Source: Chiloscyllium plagiosum (taxonomy: Eukaryota). Taken from it: 64,000 nucleotides of DNA. Below the pieces are notes generated by a model, which saw only the letters and a list, made by a program, of their open reading frames with translations, was not told where the DNA came from and searched no databases. A program made the translations under genes and the position numbers. Position 1 is the first letter of the stretch, and each line of letters starts with the position of its first letter. Shown here one piece after another: positions 25,790 through 40,139 of this stretch. The DNA lies in contig NC_057718.1 in assembly GCF_004010195.1 (NCBI RefSeq), forward strand, positions 92,614,540 to 92,678,539, in the 5' to 3' direction.

Positions 25790-26175
25790 AAGTATGTGGT
25801 GCTGGAAAAGCACAGCCAGTCAGGCAGCATCTGAGGAGCAGGAGAGTCGACATTTTGAGCAAAAGCTCTTCATCTGGAATGTGGATGGGGGGAGTGGAGC
25901 AAGGGGTCTGAGAAATAAATGGGAAGAGGGATGGGGCTGGGAGGGCAAGGTAGCTAGGAATGCGATAGATGGAAGAAGGTTGGGGGGGGGATTGATGGTT
26001 ATGGGTCAGAGCAGAGGATGAGCAGATGGTTGGGAATAACGATGGACAGGTAGGCCATCTTCAGGAGGGCGATGCCGAGTTGGAGGTTGGATCTGGGATA
26101 AGGTGGGGGCAGGGGAGATGAGGAAACTGGTGAAATTGACATTGATTCCAAGTGTTTGGAGGGACCCAAGGTGGA
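25790..26175 (-). mobile_element. PLE 3' fragment with degenerate hammerhead
   Basis: Same arm as 8205 (gtggtgctggaaaagcacagc...gacattttgagcaaaagctcttcatc) followed by purine-rich PLE sequence. Confidence 0.7.
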
Positions 26176-29100
26176 ATCAATGTTGATTTTACTAGTGGTT
26201 TGAAGGGGTTTCTTTGATAAAATCTCTTCTGCCCCCCCACTTAAAAAAAGTTTCAATCTATATCTTAAATTATGCTTAAATCCTGTTTCTTTCTTGGTTA
26301 TTCAAAATTATTTTGTCAGGTGGCTGTGAATACATGTTTAAAAATCAACTGCTGATGTCGGATTCAAACCAGGACTCCAGAGCATTAATCTGGATCTCCA
26401 GATCACTAGGCCAGCGACATCACTATTTGACCATCGTAATCTGTTTTTTTTTTAGGTTGAGGACTGGATTGGGTAGTTCACTGTTTCCGTTTTAAGTGTT
26501 TATTCAGGAATAATTTGCAACTCTACATATTCTAAAAGCTTTGATAGAACTCAACTCCTTGGGTACCTTCCTTTGTTTGATGTGTGGTTACCAAAATTGT
26601 AAATAGGTGCTGTAACACTGTACTTTTGAGTCCCTGCAAATAAGAGAGAAACTGAGATTAGATGGCAGTTTTATTCACGCAAGGCCTCTGCATGATGTTG
26701 GCATTCATTTTGGATCCATTGGGTTGTCATAGTCATTTTACTCAGACTTAAAATCAGACATCTTTCTTTTAAAGATGTGTTTTAAATTAAAGGCAGCAAT
26801 CAAATTGCTCACCTTTATCTGCAGTCTTATATTTTGATGATTAAGTTTGATTTCATCTGTGAAAAGTTGATCCTAACTCAGGTTATTCAGTGACCTAAAA
26901 GGAGACATTCTTTTTAGTGACGGCAAGATTTTCAATAATAATTTATTTAAAAATGAACTCCAGCTAAGCTCAAATATATCTCATCTCACTTTACTCGTGC
27001 CACCTGAGGCTTGATGTCCAAAATTCAAGATCATGCAAGAGGGGAGGTCAAAGTTTAAAAAGGAGAGTAGCTTGCGATGAAATTGGTGCCCTTAATTCCA
27101 TTGGTGAGTTTCCAAGGTTGCCTTCATTAAATAGTGGATGTGGTGCGATGTATTCAAGATAGCTGGATCAAGACAACTGTTCTTTCTATTCTTCAGGAGC
27201 TCTTTGGGTTCAGTCAATGCTCAGGTCAACTGATTTTTGCCATTAACTCTGTGAAAAATAATTCTTTCCCGATTAGGAAATTTCCAGTGCTCCTTTCTAT
27301 TTGGGTCTAAATAGCCCTGAACTTCTCTATTCTGAAGTCGCATAATTCTGTGTCAGAGAATTTATTTTTTTCTAAGTATGCTTCATTTCTAGATTTTGTT
27401 CATTTAGTTAAGGTTTGGTTTGAAGAATGAGATGGATCAGACCCACGCAAGATCCGTTAACGTTTAGATTTGGCCCTTCATTTAACAATTGCTTGTTCTT
27501 TGTTTAATCATAATTTTGTTAGATTTTGCAAACAGCAAAATGAATTTCACAAAATATCCTCAGCTTTCTCTGAATATTTTCACTCTGTTGGATTCCATGT
27601 AGCTTTGGGTTAATGAACTTGACTGTGGGGATTTATTACGGCAGGGCAGTTATGAATAAATTAATTTTAAAGGTATTAGTACCGAAAGTGGAGATCATTT
27701 GTTTTGGAAAAAGATAAAACATTTAATCTTAAGGGTTGGTAATTTTTCTAGCTACCATTAATTTTTTTTTATGTTTATGCAGTTTTACACGTGTTCTTCA
27801 ATAATCACTTCTGCTGTACATTCTTCCTTCTCTAGTATTTTCTTTTGTTTTGGCCAATTCTTCTTAATTAAAATAGAATTTGCTTTAGCCATTCCAAATG
27901 TGACAAGAAAAGATTAACCTTTTTAGTTTATTTCATTAAGCAAGATAAATAATGCATCTGTTCTATACTAAACTTGGCAAAAATCATTGCTCTTTGTTTT
28001 GAAAGCTAGTCACTTTCAGGTCTGTTGGATATGTCGATTCAATGTTGTGTGTAATTATAAAATTCAGTTTTAGTAGCTTAAATCTACATTAGATTTTTGG
28101 ATAGGCTAAGCAAATTTCTTTTGAGAATTGTGAAGATTAATGAGGCATAACTAATGTGTTCCGCCATTATCATTTTGTGCTCAAACCACAGTATTAGTAC
28201 AGACGAACCATTGATTCTTGCTACAAACCTCTTCAAGTACTAATCAGCTTCTTTGGAACAACTTTTCAGGCTTGACAAGCCTATTGTGGAGCAGTGTCAC
28301 TGTAGGTCAGTAGTTATTAGTGGCAACCGAAAACAGTTTCTTTAACTACTTAAGTTTGAACTGAATTAAATACAGAAGAAACCTGAAGGAGGATTACTGA
28401 ATTTGTAAAGTTCAATAGTACTGTGCAGTAGAATGAATGTGACATGGTTTTGTAATAAGGGATTTTGTTTGGGATGTTGCATGAATGTGAAATTTTTGTA
28501 TAAGAAATTGTTTTAACTTTGTAAATTTAAGTGAAAATGTTTGTGTGCACTTTTTAATAGCTTCAGTTTCAGAATATTAATATTCTACATTGAAGAACCC
28601 ATATAAATAATACTAAGGTTAACAGCTTTAGGATGCTAATGCAGTATTATAATACTAAACAGAATAGATATCTTAAATTGAGGATTGCATGCTGTTGTTC
28701 ATATTGTAATTTTAAAAATAGGTCCAACTTGAACTCTGTTGTGAGTCCTTAAAAGAAAGGATAAATCCAGAACTCTTGTATGTTATCTTGTTAATTTGTG
28801 TCTGCAAAATAAAAGAAGACTGTTGATCTTAAACTAAGAAATGTGATCTCTAACTCTACCCATGGTAATCTGAAGATAATTCGTTTTGCATGTATCATGT
28901 TTATGTTAGGTGATGCACAAATCATGCATTGATAACACTTTCTGATGTTCAATGGAATTACTAAAGTGGCCACTACCACCACAGCAGAGATGCATGCAAT
29001 TTGTATGTGGCCAATTTGAATTTACTGAACCTATATGAATGATATACCTTTTGAAATCTCACCTTCCAAAGTGGGCAGTTTTACTGTTGCAGTATAGTTA

Positions 29101-30995
29101 TAAAGGAACAAATTGCACTTACTTCAAAAACTTTTGATATTTGCAGATCCACAGTAGTTTTATCTGAGCTTTTAAGTTGTCTCAAAGGAAGTACTTGTCT
29201 ATTAATCGTTGTACGTGAAGTGAGAACAAGGGAGGTTCCTTGGCATGAGCTCCATAAAGTGGATGGGGGAGGGTACACTACATTCAGCACCTTTTTGAAA
29301 TCTGGGAAACTGTTTATTCTGAATGAGGGAATCTTTGTCAAAGAGGGTGCAACTCTGACCCCTTAAGAAATGTTAAACTTATACAGAAGCAAAACCACTA
29401 TATATTTTTATGTTTATAATTAAGCTGAGGAAGCGCAGACAACCAGGAGATACTAGGGTATGAGAATTTTGTTTCAACAGCTTAGTTGTATTTAAAATCA
29501 GTCACTTTGAGTGTCTTGAATTTGCAGTGCAATCTTTGTAGACAAAATGGAATGCTAGATTTAATGTTGTAGTTAGATGCAATTAAATTATTTTGCACTT
29601 GGTACTTTTCTTGTGCTTGCATACCTGTTCCTTATCGATCTTAAGGATGGTGGTGACAACTAAATATTTCTTGTTGGGAATCTAGGCTGACAAACTAGGT
29701 TATAATTGAAGTGGATTCTTGTTCCCATATAAACTGTACACCAAATGTCAGTCAGTCTGTGCCAATTAGTGCTTGTGTTGCTAGGTCACCACGGTCAATT
29801 GAAACCGCATCAATAGGACTTGAAAAGGTTTCTTCCCGATCAGACCTTCTGACATATTGAGTAGCATAATGGATGGGAAAATACAGCCACGGCCCTACCC
29901 TAGATTCAAAATACACAGCAGTAAGGATTCATTTACAACCTGCAATTAACTGGAAAGAATAGGCTTCATGAAAGTGTCTGGCTATTTAGAAAATAAAGCC
30001 CCCTTCTACGGGTGGATTTGTTTACTACTTGTGTGGATTGTCATCCTTTTTGGTTTTGGCCAAAACAGGTTTTCCCTTTCTTGGAGCTATCAGAAAAGGG
30101 CTTGAGTTCATCAGTTATAAATAATGTATGTTAACATGTTAATCTGAGGGATTTTATGCAAAATTGTTGGACAAAGGAGAAGTTTTACCATATGCCTTAC
30201 TAATTTAATAATAAACCATTGCTTTCATCCGTCTATGATGGAGGCTACCTTTTGAAACTAGAAGCTTGACCAACAATTTAGATTTTGTATCTGAGATGTT
30301 TTGATTTATTGCGTCATTGGTATTTAAAATATTTTGGGAGGGCTTTAAGCTTTCAAATGTGGCATATGTGTGCTTGGAAAACTAGCAATTGAATATTCAT
30401 GAAACACTGATTATTGGTCTTTACTCCACAGCACTACAACACAGCTCAACCAGGATGTTCTCAAACACAAAATCTGGAATTGGGGATGTGGAAAGTGAAA
30501 TATATCGTCTGCTTGATTTGTACTAATTAGTGCTCTAAGATTTTTCGGTGTGCTATAATGCAGGGTATATTGCCAGAATTAAGAAAAGCATTCCATTAGC
30601 AAATTAGAGTATGGATTGGGTGAAATGCTATTGTTACATTCTTGAGGAGTTGAGCAGTTGGCACAAGAATTTGAACTTGCAGAGTGTTTTAGGTTCAGCT
30701 TTCCTTGTACAGTGCACAATTTTCCTTTAGTTATGTTATGAATGTCTCTTGCTGCATTGCAGAGCTTCTAAATTTATTTTTGGAGCGAGAGAATGGAGGT
30801 TTTTTAAATTTATTTTGATAGCTGTTTGAAGATATTATAAACAATTGAGAATTTTATTGATGGAGATCCTGAAACAGACCACTGCAGTGAGATCTTTCTC
30901 AGAATACTGTTTCATAAGGATATACATAAAACAAAAGCAGAAAATGGTATGAATACACAGCATTGTGATGAAAAGTTCTAACCTTGAAGCATTAA

Positions 30996-31002
<7 letters not shown>

Positions 31003-31042
<40 letters not shown>
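31003..31042. repeat. (CT)n microsatellite within a PLE-type short repeat
   Basis: About 20 CT units between gaagcattaac and cacaaatgcagtctgacctgctgagc. Confidence 0.9.
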
Positions 31043-31044
<2 letters not shown>

Positions 31045-31401
31045 CACAAATGCAGTCTGACCTGCTGAGCATTTTTAGAATATCCATTTTTTTTATTACA
31101 GTTTCTGGAAGTCTGAAATATTTTCATGTGAATATCTGGTCATTTCATTTTCTTCCCAGTTGACTTCTCATAACTTTAGAAGACAGTTTAATAGCTTGTT
31201 TGTTGTCTGTTGTCTATAAATCTAACTAATTGCAAGAGATTGACTTTGAAAGTCTGCACTCTGATTTATCATTTAACTCCTATGTCATCCATAAACTGCG
31301 TATTTTTAGTAGGCAAAAAGTTTGGATTTGAGAATTAAATGTCATCCATTGTTTTTTTTTTAAAAAGGTATTAACAGGAAGACTTTTTATTTACTTCATA
31401 G

Positions 31402-31537
31402 AAACCAGGGGATTGAGCAGCAGTTGGCATGGAATCGTATCTTACAGTCTCAAACTGGCATGTTCCAGCAGAATCATCACAGGCTTGGATCAATAATGCC
31501 AAACCCTTACCAGAGTCAGGATCGTAGAGGACGACAG
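31402..31537 (+). CDS. XRN2: XRN2 penultimate coding exon
   Basis: catag acceptor; NQGIEQQLAWNRILQSQTGMFQQNHHRLGSIMPNPYQSQDRRGRQ, cf. human LPWNRMLQTQ...DDRGGRQ; gtaaca donor. Confidence 0.93.
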
Positions 31538-33599
31538 GTAACAAAAGCAGACAATAGTATTAATAAATTGCCTTCTTTTAATTGTTTTATTTGATGTTGG
31601 ATTAATATCCTTCCTGCATAACCAAATAACTTGAAGTGTCTAAACATTAAAGTGAACAAAATCCAGCTATCATATTCTGTGTACTGAAAGAGTGGCTATT
31701 CTGCTTCTCTTGTGTGCAATTTCTTTTTCAGTGTTGTGCTTTGTGATTGAACTATCGTGGCCATCCAAACTTACATGTCCTTATGTGACAGCAACTGTTG
31801 GTCTCTAATCTTAGATTTGTTCTTCTGAAGCTGTTGGCATACATCCTCCCTTGCCATATTACACTCGATTGTAACAAATGGTGCCAGACACTTGAGTTTC
31901 GCTCCCATATATGCATAACCAAAGAATTGTGATGTTCTCTTGGTGATGTTCTGAAGAGCTGCTTATTTGCCTGTTTTCTTCCAGACTTCATTTGTTGTGC
32001 GTGTTATCCAAATAATACTCCTATGTCTTAGGAGCTACATTTCTGTTAACTTATCTTCCAATATCGTGCTCACATTAATCACAAAGCATGTCCAATTTGT
32101 TTAATTTAATTTAGTTTTTAAAGCTGTTGTCCATTTTGTCACTATTTCGTTCATGAAAGAGCACTGTAGAACTTAAAACATTAAGGCAGTTTTGCTTCTA
32201 ATACTACATTTTTAGTGATAAACTAAACTTGCAACACCTTGTCCAGCACAGCTTTAGAAGTGACAAAATTGACAAGAGTAATTAAACTTTGCATTAAATC
32301 TGATTCATGCCATAGCTGATCTGAGGATCTTGATAAATGTACTAAATATAGATAACATACAAATCAATTTTTTAAATTCATTCAGGGGCCATGGGCATTG
32401 CTGGCTACACCAACATTTATTACCTATTCTTAGAGACCATTAAGAAAGTGATGATGAGTTACCTTTTGAACCGCTGCAGTGCTGATTAGAAATGGATTAA
32501 GTGTTTCCTTATCTAATATCCTCTGCTCTTTGAAGTGATAACATGCTCTCAGGACGATAGGATGGGCAAAGAAATATTTGTCATAATCTGAGCATTGTAG
32601 AAGACCTGCTTGAAGCAGTGCTTCTAGCTGACATACATAGTTGTAGCATCATGTGAATAGTTGTTCTGTCTGCTGTGTCCTTGTCAGCTCAATGCAGCAT
32701 CAGAACAGCCCATCTACTGCTCTGCTACTTTCAAATACTTAACCATTTTTCTTTTGAATGTCTTGATTGAACCTGCATCCAGCACAAGTGCAGGCAGTGC
32801 ATTCCAGCTCCAAACTGGAGGTCTCTGCTGCTAACCATCTTTTTAAAATGTTGCCTTTTCTTGTTCTTGTAAAATTTCATACTCCTCTGCATTAAACTAC
32901 CTGTGCATTCATGCACTTGTCCATATCCTCTTGACTCACTCTTTCCATGTTTCACAATGCTTCCAAGTTTATTGTCATCCATAGATTTTGAAGTTCTCCC
33001 TTGCACATCCAATGCTATTTATTGAACATATTTGATACCAAGCAAAGCAGATTATGCTAGTAAAGAATCTGGCTTAATGAAATACTTCAGTTGAATGGAA
33101 TATCAATTCTGAGCTGTTCCTGTCAGTTGGTGCAGCATAAGAACATCAAAAATTTATGATATAGGAAACCATTCAATGATTGTCTTTTTTTATGAAGCAG
33201 CAGAAAAGCCAATAGCAATGTTGTTTTTTTTCAACTGCCCGTGGAAAATGAATAAATGAGAAAGCAATAAAGTTGCATTGGTTCTGAGATGCACCCCCAT
33301 TCCATTTATCCATTGTTTCAAAATAGTATTTTACACTCTTAATTTTACCAATGTTCACAATTTTCATTAATAAATCTTGGTATTGAGATTTAAAACACTT
33401 CTATATTAAAAGTGTAAATTGTCTTATTAATAGTTAAAAAGAACAGATTACTGAATAGTGTCATTCATACAGCCCTTATACACGATGTTGTTCTTTTGCT
33501 GTTTCACCCTTGTGAGCCCTTTCTCCTATGCTCACACACTCCCTCTAGACCCCACTCTCATCCCATATACCATTTTCCCAATTCTCTTTTCGAACATTG

Positions 33600-36500
33600 C
33601 ATAATTCAGCACAGAACCACCTTTGGTCCACCATATCTGCACCAGTCATGATGCTATTCTAAACTAATCCTATCTGCCTGCACGTGATCCTTATTCCTCT
33701 CTTCACTGACTATTCATTTCTATCTAAACTCCTCTTAAACATTACTTTCATATCTACTTTTACCATATCCCCGTAATCCAGGCACCTACCACTCTCTGTG
33801 CAAAAAACAATTTGCCTCACACATCTCGTTTAAACTCCCCTACCCTTAAACTAATCCTCCCAATTATTTGATATTTCCACCCCTGCAAACATGTCTCTGA
33901 CTATTCACCCTATTCATGCCTCTCAAAATTTTATTTACTTCTATCAGGTTGTCCTTCAGCCTCCAACATTGTAGCACAAGCAATCAGTGTTTGTTCAACC
34001 TCTCCTTTATAGCTGAAACACTCCAATCTAGGCAGCATCCTTGTAAACCTGTTTTATACTTTCTCAAATGCCTCCACATCCTTCCTGTAGTGCGGCGACA
34101 TACTGTACACAATACTGTAAACTTTGGCTTACCCAAAGTTTTATTCAGCTGCAACATGACTTGCCACCTTTCATACTCCATGCCTAGACGTTGAAGGCAA
34201 GCATGCTATATGGTGCCTTTACCATTTTATTCACTTGTTTTGCCACTTTTAGGGAGCTTTGGACTTGCAAGAGCCCTTTGTATATCAATGCCTTTCAAGG
34301 TCCTGCTGTTTACTGTATAATTTCCTCGAACATGAGGGGCCTTATCAAATGCTGTTGTAAGGTCCGTGTAAACAACATCCACTGCCCTACCCTAATCACT
34401 TATCTTTGTCACTTCGTCAGAAAACTCAATCAAGTTTGTAACACAAGGCCTTCCCTGCAGAAAGCCATGCTGACCATCCCTAAAACTCCTTTCTTTTGCA
34501 AGTGTGAGTAAATCCTGTCCCTAAGAATCGTCTCCAATAATTTCTTACCACTGATGAAAAGCACTAACCTATAATTTCCTGGATTATCCCTATTGCCCTT
34601 CTGAAACAAAGGAACAACATCAGCTATTCTCTGGTTTTCTGGCATCTCTGTCAAGGCCCCAACAATTCCTCACTTACGTCCCTCAATTTCCTGGAATAGT
34701 TCCCATCAGGCCCTAGGGACCTATCTACCTTAGTGTTTTTCAAGACACCCAACACCACCTAAATATTGACATACCCTAAAATATCCCTCTGTAATCATGC
34801 TTACGTCCATGTTCTTGGTGAATACTGATACAAACTACTCACCCACTTGCTCTGACTATGCATAAATTCCCTCCTTTGTCCTTGAGTGGACTTGCCCTTT
34901 CTCCACTACCCTTTTGCTCTGAATATAGAATGTCTTGTGATTCTCCTTATCCTTGCCAATGACATTTCATGGTCCCTTTTAGCCTTCCTCTACCTTGTTT
35001 AAGTTCTTTCCTGCTTCCTTTATATTAGAACATAGAACAGTACAACATAGGAATGGGCCCTTTGGCACATGATGTTGTGCGAAACATGATGCCAATAAAA
35101 CTGCTCACCCTTGGTCCCTGTCCTTCCATTCGTGTGCTTATCGTATCCACCTCCTACCACATTTTTTAAAAAAAACTTGTCCCTCATATTTCCTTTGAAC
35201 TTTCTCCTTGTCACCTTAAATATATGCCCCTAATATTTCAACTCTGGGGAAAAGAATACTTACTGCCAACCCTATCTATGCATCTCATAATTTTATAAAC
35301 TTTTATCAAGTCTTCCCTCAGCCTCCGTTACTCAAGAGAAAACAACTTGAGTTTTTCTAGCCTGTCCTCTTATAGCTCATAAACTCTAATCTAGGCAGCA
35401 TCCTGGTAAACCTCTTCTGCACCCTCTACGAATTCTCCACATCCATCCTATACTGTGAAGACTATAACTGAATGCAAGTGTGGCCGAGCCAAAGTGTTAA
35501 AAAGCTGTAATGACATCCTGACTCTTGTACTCGGTTCCCCGACCAATAAAGACAAGTATGTCATACACCACCTTTACCACCCTATCTACTTGTGTGGCCA
35601 CTTTCAGGGAGCTATGGAATTGAACCCCAAGATCCCTCTACATTAATGCTGTTCAGAGTCGTGTCATTAACTGTACAATTTTCCTTAACATTTGATCTTT
35701 CAAAGTGCAGTATCTCAGACTTAGCCAGATTAAACTCTGATCAGCCATTTCTCTGACAATGTCTACAACTGATCTATATCACCCTGTACTCTTTGACAAC
35801 CTTCTGCACGATCCACAACTCCACCGATCTTTGTATCGTAGGCAACTTATTAACTCACCGATCTACATTTTTATCAAAGTAATTTATATATATCACAAAA
35901 CTTAGACGTCCCAATACAGATCCCTGCAAAACACCACCAGTCATGGACCTCCAGCCTTCCGACACACACACTCCTCTGTCTTCTGCGGGCAAGCTAATTC
36001 TGAAACCGTGCAGCCAAGTTACTGTGGATCCCATGCACCTTAATCTTCTGGATGGGCTTACCATGAGGGATCTTGATGAAACCCTTACCAAGATCCAAGT
36101 AAACAACATCCACTGCTCAACCCTCATCGATCACCCTCGTCACCACCTTGAAAAATTCAATCAAGTTAGTAAGACATGACCTATCCTAAACAAAGTCATG
36201 CTAACTCTTCCTAATTAGGCCATGCATTTCCAAATGTGCATAAATCCTATCCCTAAGAATTCTCTCCAATCACTTCCCAACCACTGATGTGAGACTCACG
36301 GGACTATAGTTTCTTGGATTATCTCTATTTCTCCTCTTGATAAGAGGAACAACATTAACTACTTGCCCATCCTTATGGACCTCTCCAGTATCTAGTGAGG
36401 ATACAAATTTCTTGGTCAAAGCCCAGCAATATCCTATCTTCCCCTCAATAATCTGGGGTAGAAACCATTGGGCTCTGGGGGCCTATCCACCTTAATGCCC

Positions 36501-36970
36501 TTCAGGAGATCCAACACCATTCTTGATCTCAAAATGCTGAAGTTTGTTAGCATGCTGCAGACAAATATTCCTCAAGGGCCTTGGTTGATTTCAGTTTCCT
36601 AAACCTTACATAAGCTTCCTTTTTCTTTTTAACTAAACTTTCAGTATGTCTTTTCATCGAAGGTTTCCAAACCTTGTCATCCTTGTCTTTCATCCTAACA
36701 GGACTTTGCTGGTCCTGCACTCTGATAACCGGCCTTTAAAAGACTTCTACATGTAAGCTACATGATTTGTCCTCAAACAGTCACCACCAATCTAATTTCT
36801 CCAGTTCCTGCCTAATACTATTGTAGTTAATCTTTCCTCAGTTTAGCATTTTCTCTCAAGGACCAGTCTTATCCATAACTATCTTTAAACCTACGGAATT
36901 ATGATCACTGTTCCCAAAATGCACTCCCATTTGAAACTTTCATTACCTGACCAGGCTGATTCCTTTCTCT
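33600..36970 (-). mobile_element. Cluster of CR1-type LINE ORF2 fragments
   Basis: Minus ORFs ADVVPLFQKGNRDNPGNYRLV and WRSMTGGVLQGSVLGRLSFVIYIN; 3' tails at about 33600 and 35030. Confidence 0.9.
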
Positions 36971-37059
36971 AATCTTACAGTCGGTAGTTTGAAATTAATT
37001 ACATCCAAGATGGCATCACATGTGAATCATCAAGCTATCGTATTTTATAGTGTAAAGGT

Positions 37060-37370
37060 AGACAACCTTTTATCCAAAAAAAAATCCAAAGGATTTTCTT
37101 GAAGTTTTTTTTCTCATAAACAAGGTTGTTTGACGTGCAAACTGTTAACCCAACTCCACACCCACTCTGTGTCACTCAGATACGACGTGGGTGGGCATGG
37201 CCCAGCACTGGCGGGCCTCAATTCTGTCTCAAGGCCCTTGACTCACTGTGAGTCTGCTGTGTGCGAAGATTTTTTAAAATTTTATCACTGAACTGTCACT
37301 TCTTCCAAAATTCTGAATTCCGAAAACCAGCTGGTCCTGAGCATTTTGGATAAACACTTGTGATTCTGTA
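37060..37370. mobile_element. Possible Tc1/mariner-type MITE
   Basis: Inverted terminal motif tttatccaaaa / ttttggataaa; ends in ...tgta. Confidence 0.45.
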
Positions 37371-38027
37371 TTAACTTGTGACAATTATAATCACAGCACC
37401 ATGTAAATGTAAATACCTCTTTGTATTTTCTTTCTGTAAAAAGCATTGCAGTTGTTCAAGTTGAGTTGACTGTGCTTTCCTTAGCAGTTTTGCAGATGCG
37501 ACTGACCCTGACAAATTGAAACTGCTGGATTCCTTGGCCTTTTTCTTGACGTTCATTTGAATTGGGCAATGTTGTTTTATCTACCTTTCCTGTGATCTTT
37601 CTTAATTTGGCGATTCACCAGTAAGCTGGTCAACCAAAGTAGCTACCCTTGAAGCTCCTGTTCTCAGCACACCCTGCTCAAGCTACTAAGAATAATCTAA
37701 AGCTAAAAGTCTCTTGGCCGTCTGAATTGTGATAACAAATTACTTGTCTCCAGTCATTTTGGGTAATTAACTTATTAACACACCAATTCCCTGTTAGATA
37801 TACGCTGCAGTGGTGTGACATTCTGAACAGCTTTAATTTAAAACAACCTGCTTAAATGTTACTACTTTCCAAATCCTTTTCTGTGGAAAAATGGCCAGAA
37901 AAATACTAATGTGTGTTTAGATATGCATTGATCAAAATTAATAAGTGTTGTGCATTGTATTTATTTCAGTTGTAGTCTTTTGGTTGTTCATTCATTTTTA
38001 AATCTCTGGCAACATTTTATCTTTCAG

Positions 38028-38087
38028 GGGTATCCTGACAGACGTTACCCATTGCCACCAGATTCTGGAAGATATAGCTGGAATTAA
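38028..38087 (+). CDS. XRN2: XRN2 last coding exon to stop codon
   Basis: tttcag acceptor; GYPDRRYPLPPDSGRYSWN-TAA, cf. human GYPREGRKYPLPPPSGRYNWN*. Confidence 0.97.
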   Translation, partial: GYPDRRYPLPPDSGRYSWN

Positions 38088-38708
38088 TAATCTTGTCTGG
38101 CTCTGCAACACAAGCTGTGCCTTACAGGGTCCAGTTAACCGATCAGCGTACACTCAAGCTGAATTTTAACCATTATACCTGTAAAGAATGCTGACCTAGT
38201 TTTTAACGTGTTTGTACGTATTTTTGTGCTTAATGTTTCACTTGCTGTAAAATGGATTCTGCAGTTTCCGTTTTTTTAAATTGTCAAGATGGGGCGTGAT
38301 AAATACATTGCAGAATGTATACAGCCAGGTTTAGTTAACATCATAATGAGTTAGTATATCTCAAAATTGTTTAGAGAAATTGAGTTTTTATGCCTGTATA
38401 CTGTACATCAGAAGTGATCTTTAGTAAATGCTTTAAAATATTTGATTTACAATTCCTCTCCAATTCCATTGTTTGTTGTATAATTTTCTTGAAGCTAGTC
38501 TCATCTTAAGAGGGTTCAGTTCATCTTACCTAACTACGGTGTTTTCTGTGAACAAAGCTGCCAATGATATTGATGATTGCATTCGTCCTTATAATTCAGT
38601 GCATCCACATATATATGTACTGTCCAAGACACACACATGATGCCCCTTTGTCCCAATGTTATTTATGACCAGTTGTGCACATTTTTTGGCCAAATGGTTG
38701 GGGGTTTA

Positions 38709-39028
38709 TTAGATTAGATTCAATTAGATTACTTAGTGTGGAAACAGGCCCTTCGGCCCAACAAGTCCACACCGTCCCGCCGAAGCGCAACCCACCCATA
38801 CCCCTACATTTACCCCTTACCTAACACTACGGGCAATTTAGCAAGGCCAATTCACCTGACCTGCACATCTTTGGACTGTGGGAGGAAACCGGAGCACCCG
38901 GAGGAAACCCACGCAGACACGGGGAGAACGTGCAAACTCCACACAGTCAGTCGCCTGAGGTGGGAATTGAACCCGGGTCTCTGGCGCTGTGAGGCAGCAG
39001 TGCTAACCACTGTGCCACCGTGCTGCCC
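38709..39028 (-). mobile_element. Young HE1-type SINE about 620 bp downstream of the XRN2 stop
   Basis: Intact A/B boxes, CpGs retained, (tctaa)n tail. Confidence 0.93.
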
Positions 39029-40031
39029 ATAAACCGTAGGAACCATACGGTTATCATGTTCAAATTTGTGCATATCTTTCCATATTCACAGTGCAAGATT
39101 CTTGCACATTTGTGAAGGCTGTGCAGAACTTGCATATCAATGACAGTGCCATGTCCATGTGCTTTTTGATATTGATAGCCCATTCACCAATGTGCTATTC
39201 AAGGAATATGGAAATTTGCGGTGCATCATGGTACTATGTACCTGCTACCATTTTGCTAAACTCTATTCATTGAATGTATGAACTTCCTAAGTCAGGCAGT
39301 TGAGTTAAATTTTAACAATACCATGTATGCCGAAACAGATGATCTCACCTAGACCCAACTCTTGCAAGCATCTTTGGGTTTTGTGGGAAATGTTTCTTTG
39401 AAATAGCACCTTACTTCCTTTGCATATTTCTGATATGTTTGGTATATATGAATCAGCAACTACATGTCAGAATTTCCTTGCCTGTCCTAGTGGATTCCAT
39501 CCTGCTCTCGAATTCATCTCTTTGAGATGCAGTAAACCTTTCCTTGATGTCATAGTTGAGAACTCTGCCAGGGGTTCTGCATTACTGTCCAGCACAAGCC
39601 TATCTTCACTGGTCAATAAACTCTGAGTTTACAAGGTTGCTGAACAAGCAAACTTTGAGACAAATAGGAATCTTATGGTTCCTACAGTTCAAGGTACCTC
39701 ACAATTGGCCTTAATGGCAACATTGTAAAGAGAGCCTGAGCCAATTGCTTACTCCGCAAGCTTGATCCTAAGATGATGACTATCCTGATCAAATTACTTC
39801 TCGCTGTGTGTTAAATATACTCATGAACAAGTCTCAGGCTGCCAGAAGGACGTTCTGTCTATCTCACGAATTGGTAAAATGATATGGGAATTTCGGTGCT
39901 TGCACAATTTTTGTCATGTCGGCCATATGTCCCAAAGACTTGGATCATTTCAAACAGCAAATCCCTCAGCTGTTAGCACCAGGCAAAGTATTAATTGTAC
40001 CCAACCAGGCTATACTTGCAAGACTCAAAAC

Positions 40032-40139
40032 CGAAACGTCAATTCTCCTGCTCCTCGGATGCTGCCTGGCCTGCTGTGTTTTTCCAGCACCACATTTTTC
40101 AACTCTGGTCTCCAGCATCTGCAGTCCTAACTTTCTCCT
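40032..40139 (+). mobile_element. PLE-derived short insert truncated inside the hammerhead
   Basis: Starts at cgaaacgtc; 11-bp direct repeat agactcaaaac (40021-40031, 40140-40150). Confidence 0.8.

Noticed and set aside
38960..39028. tRNA-like sequence with A and B boxes (also near 5400, 21060, 42802, 59030)
   Set aside because: These are SINE heads that continue into SINE body and tail; they are not tRNA genes.
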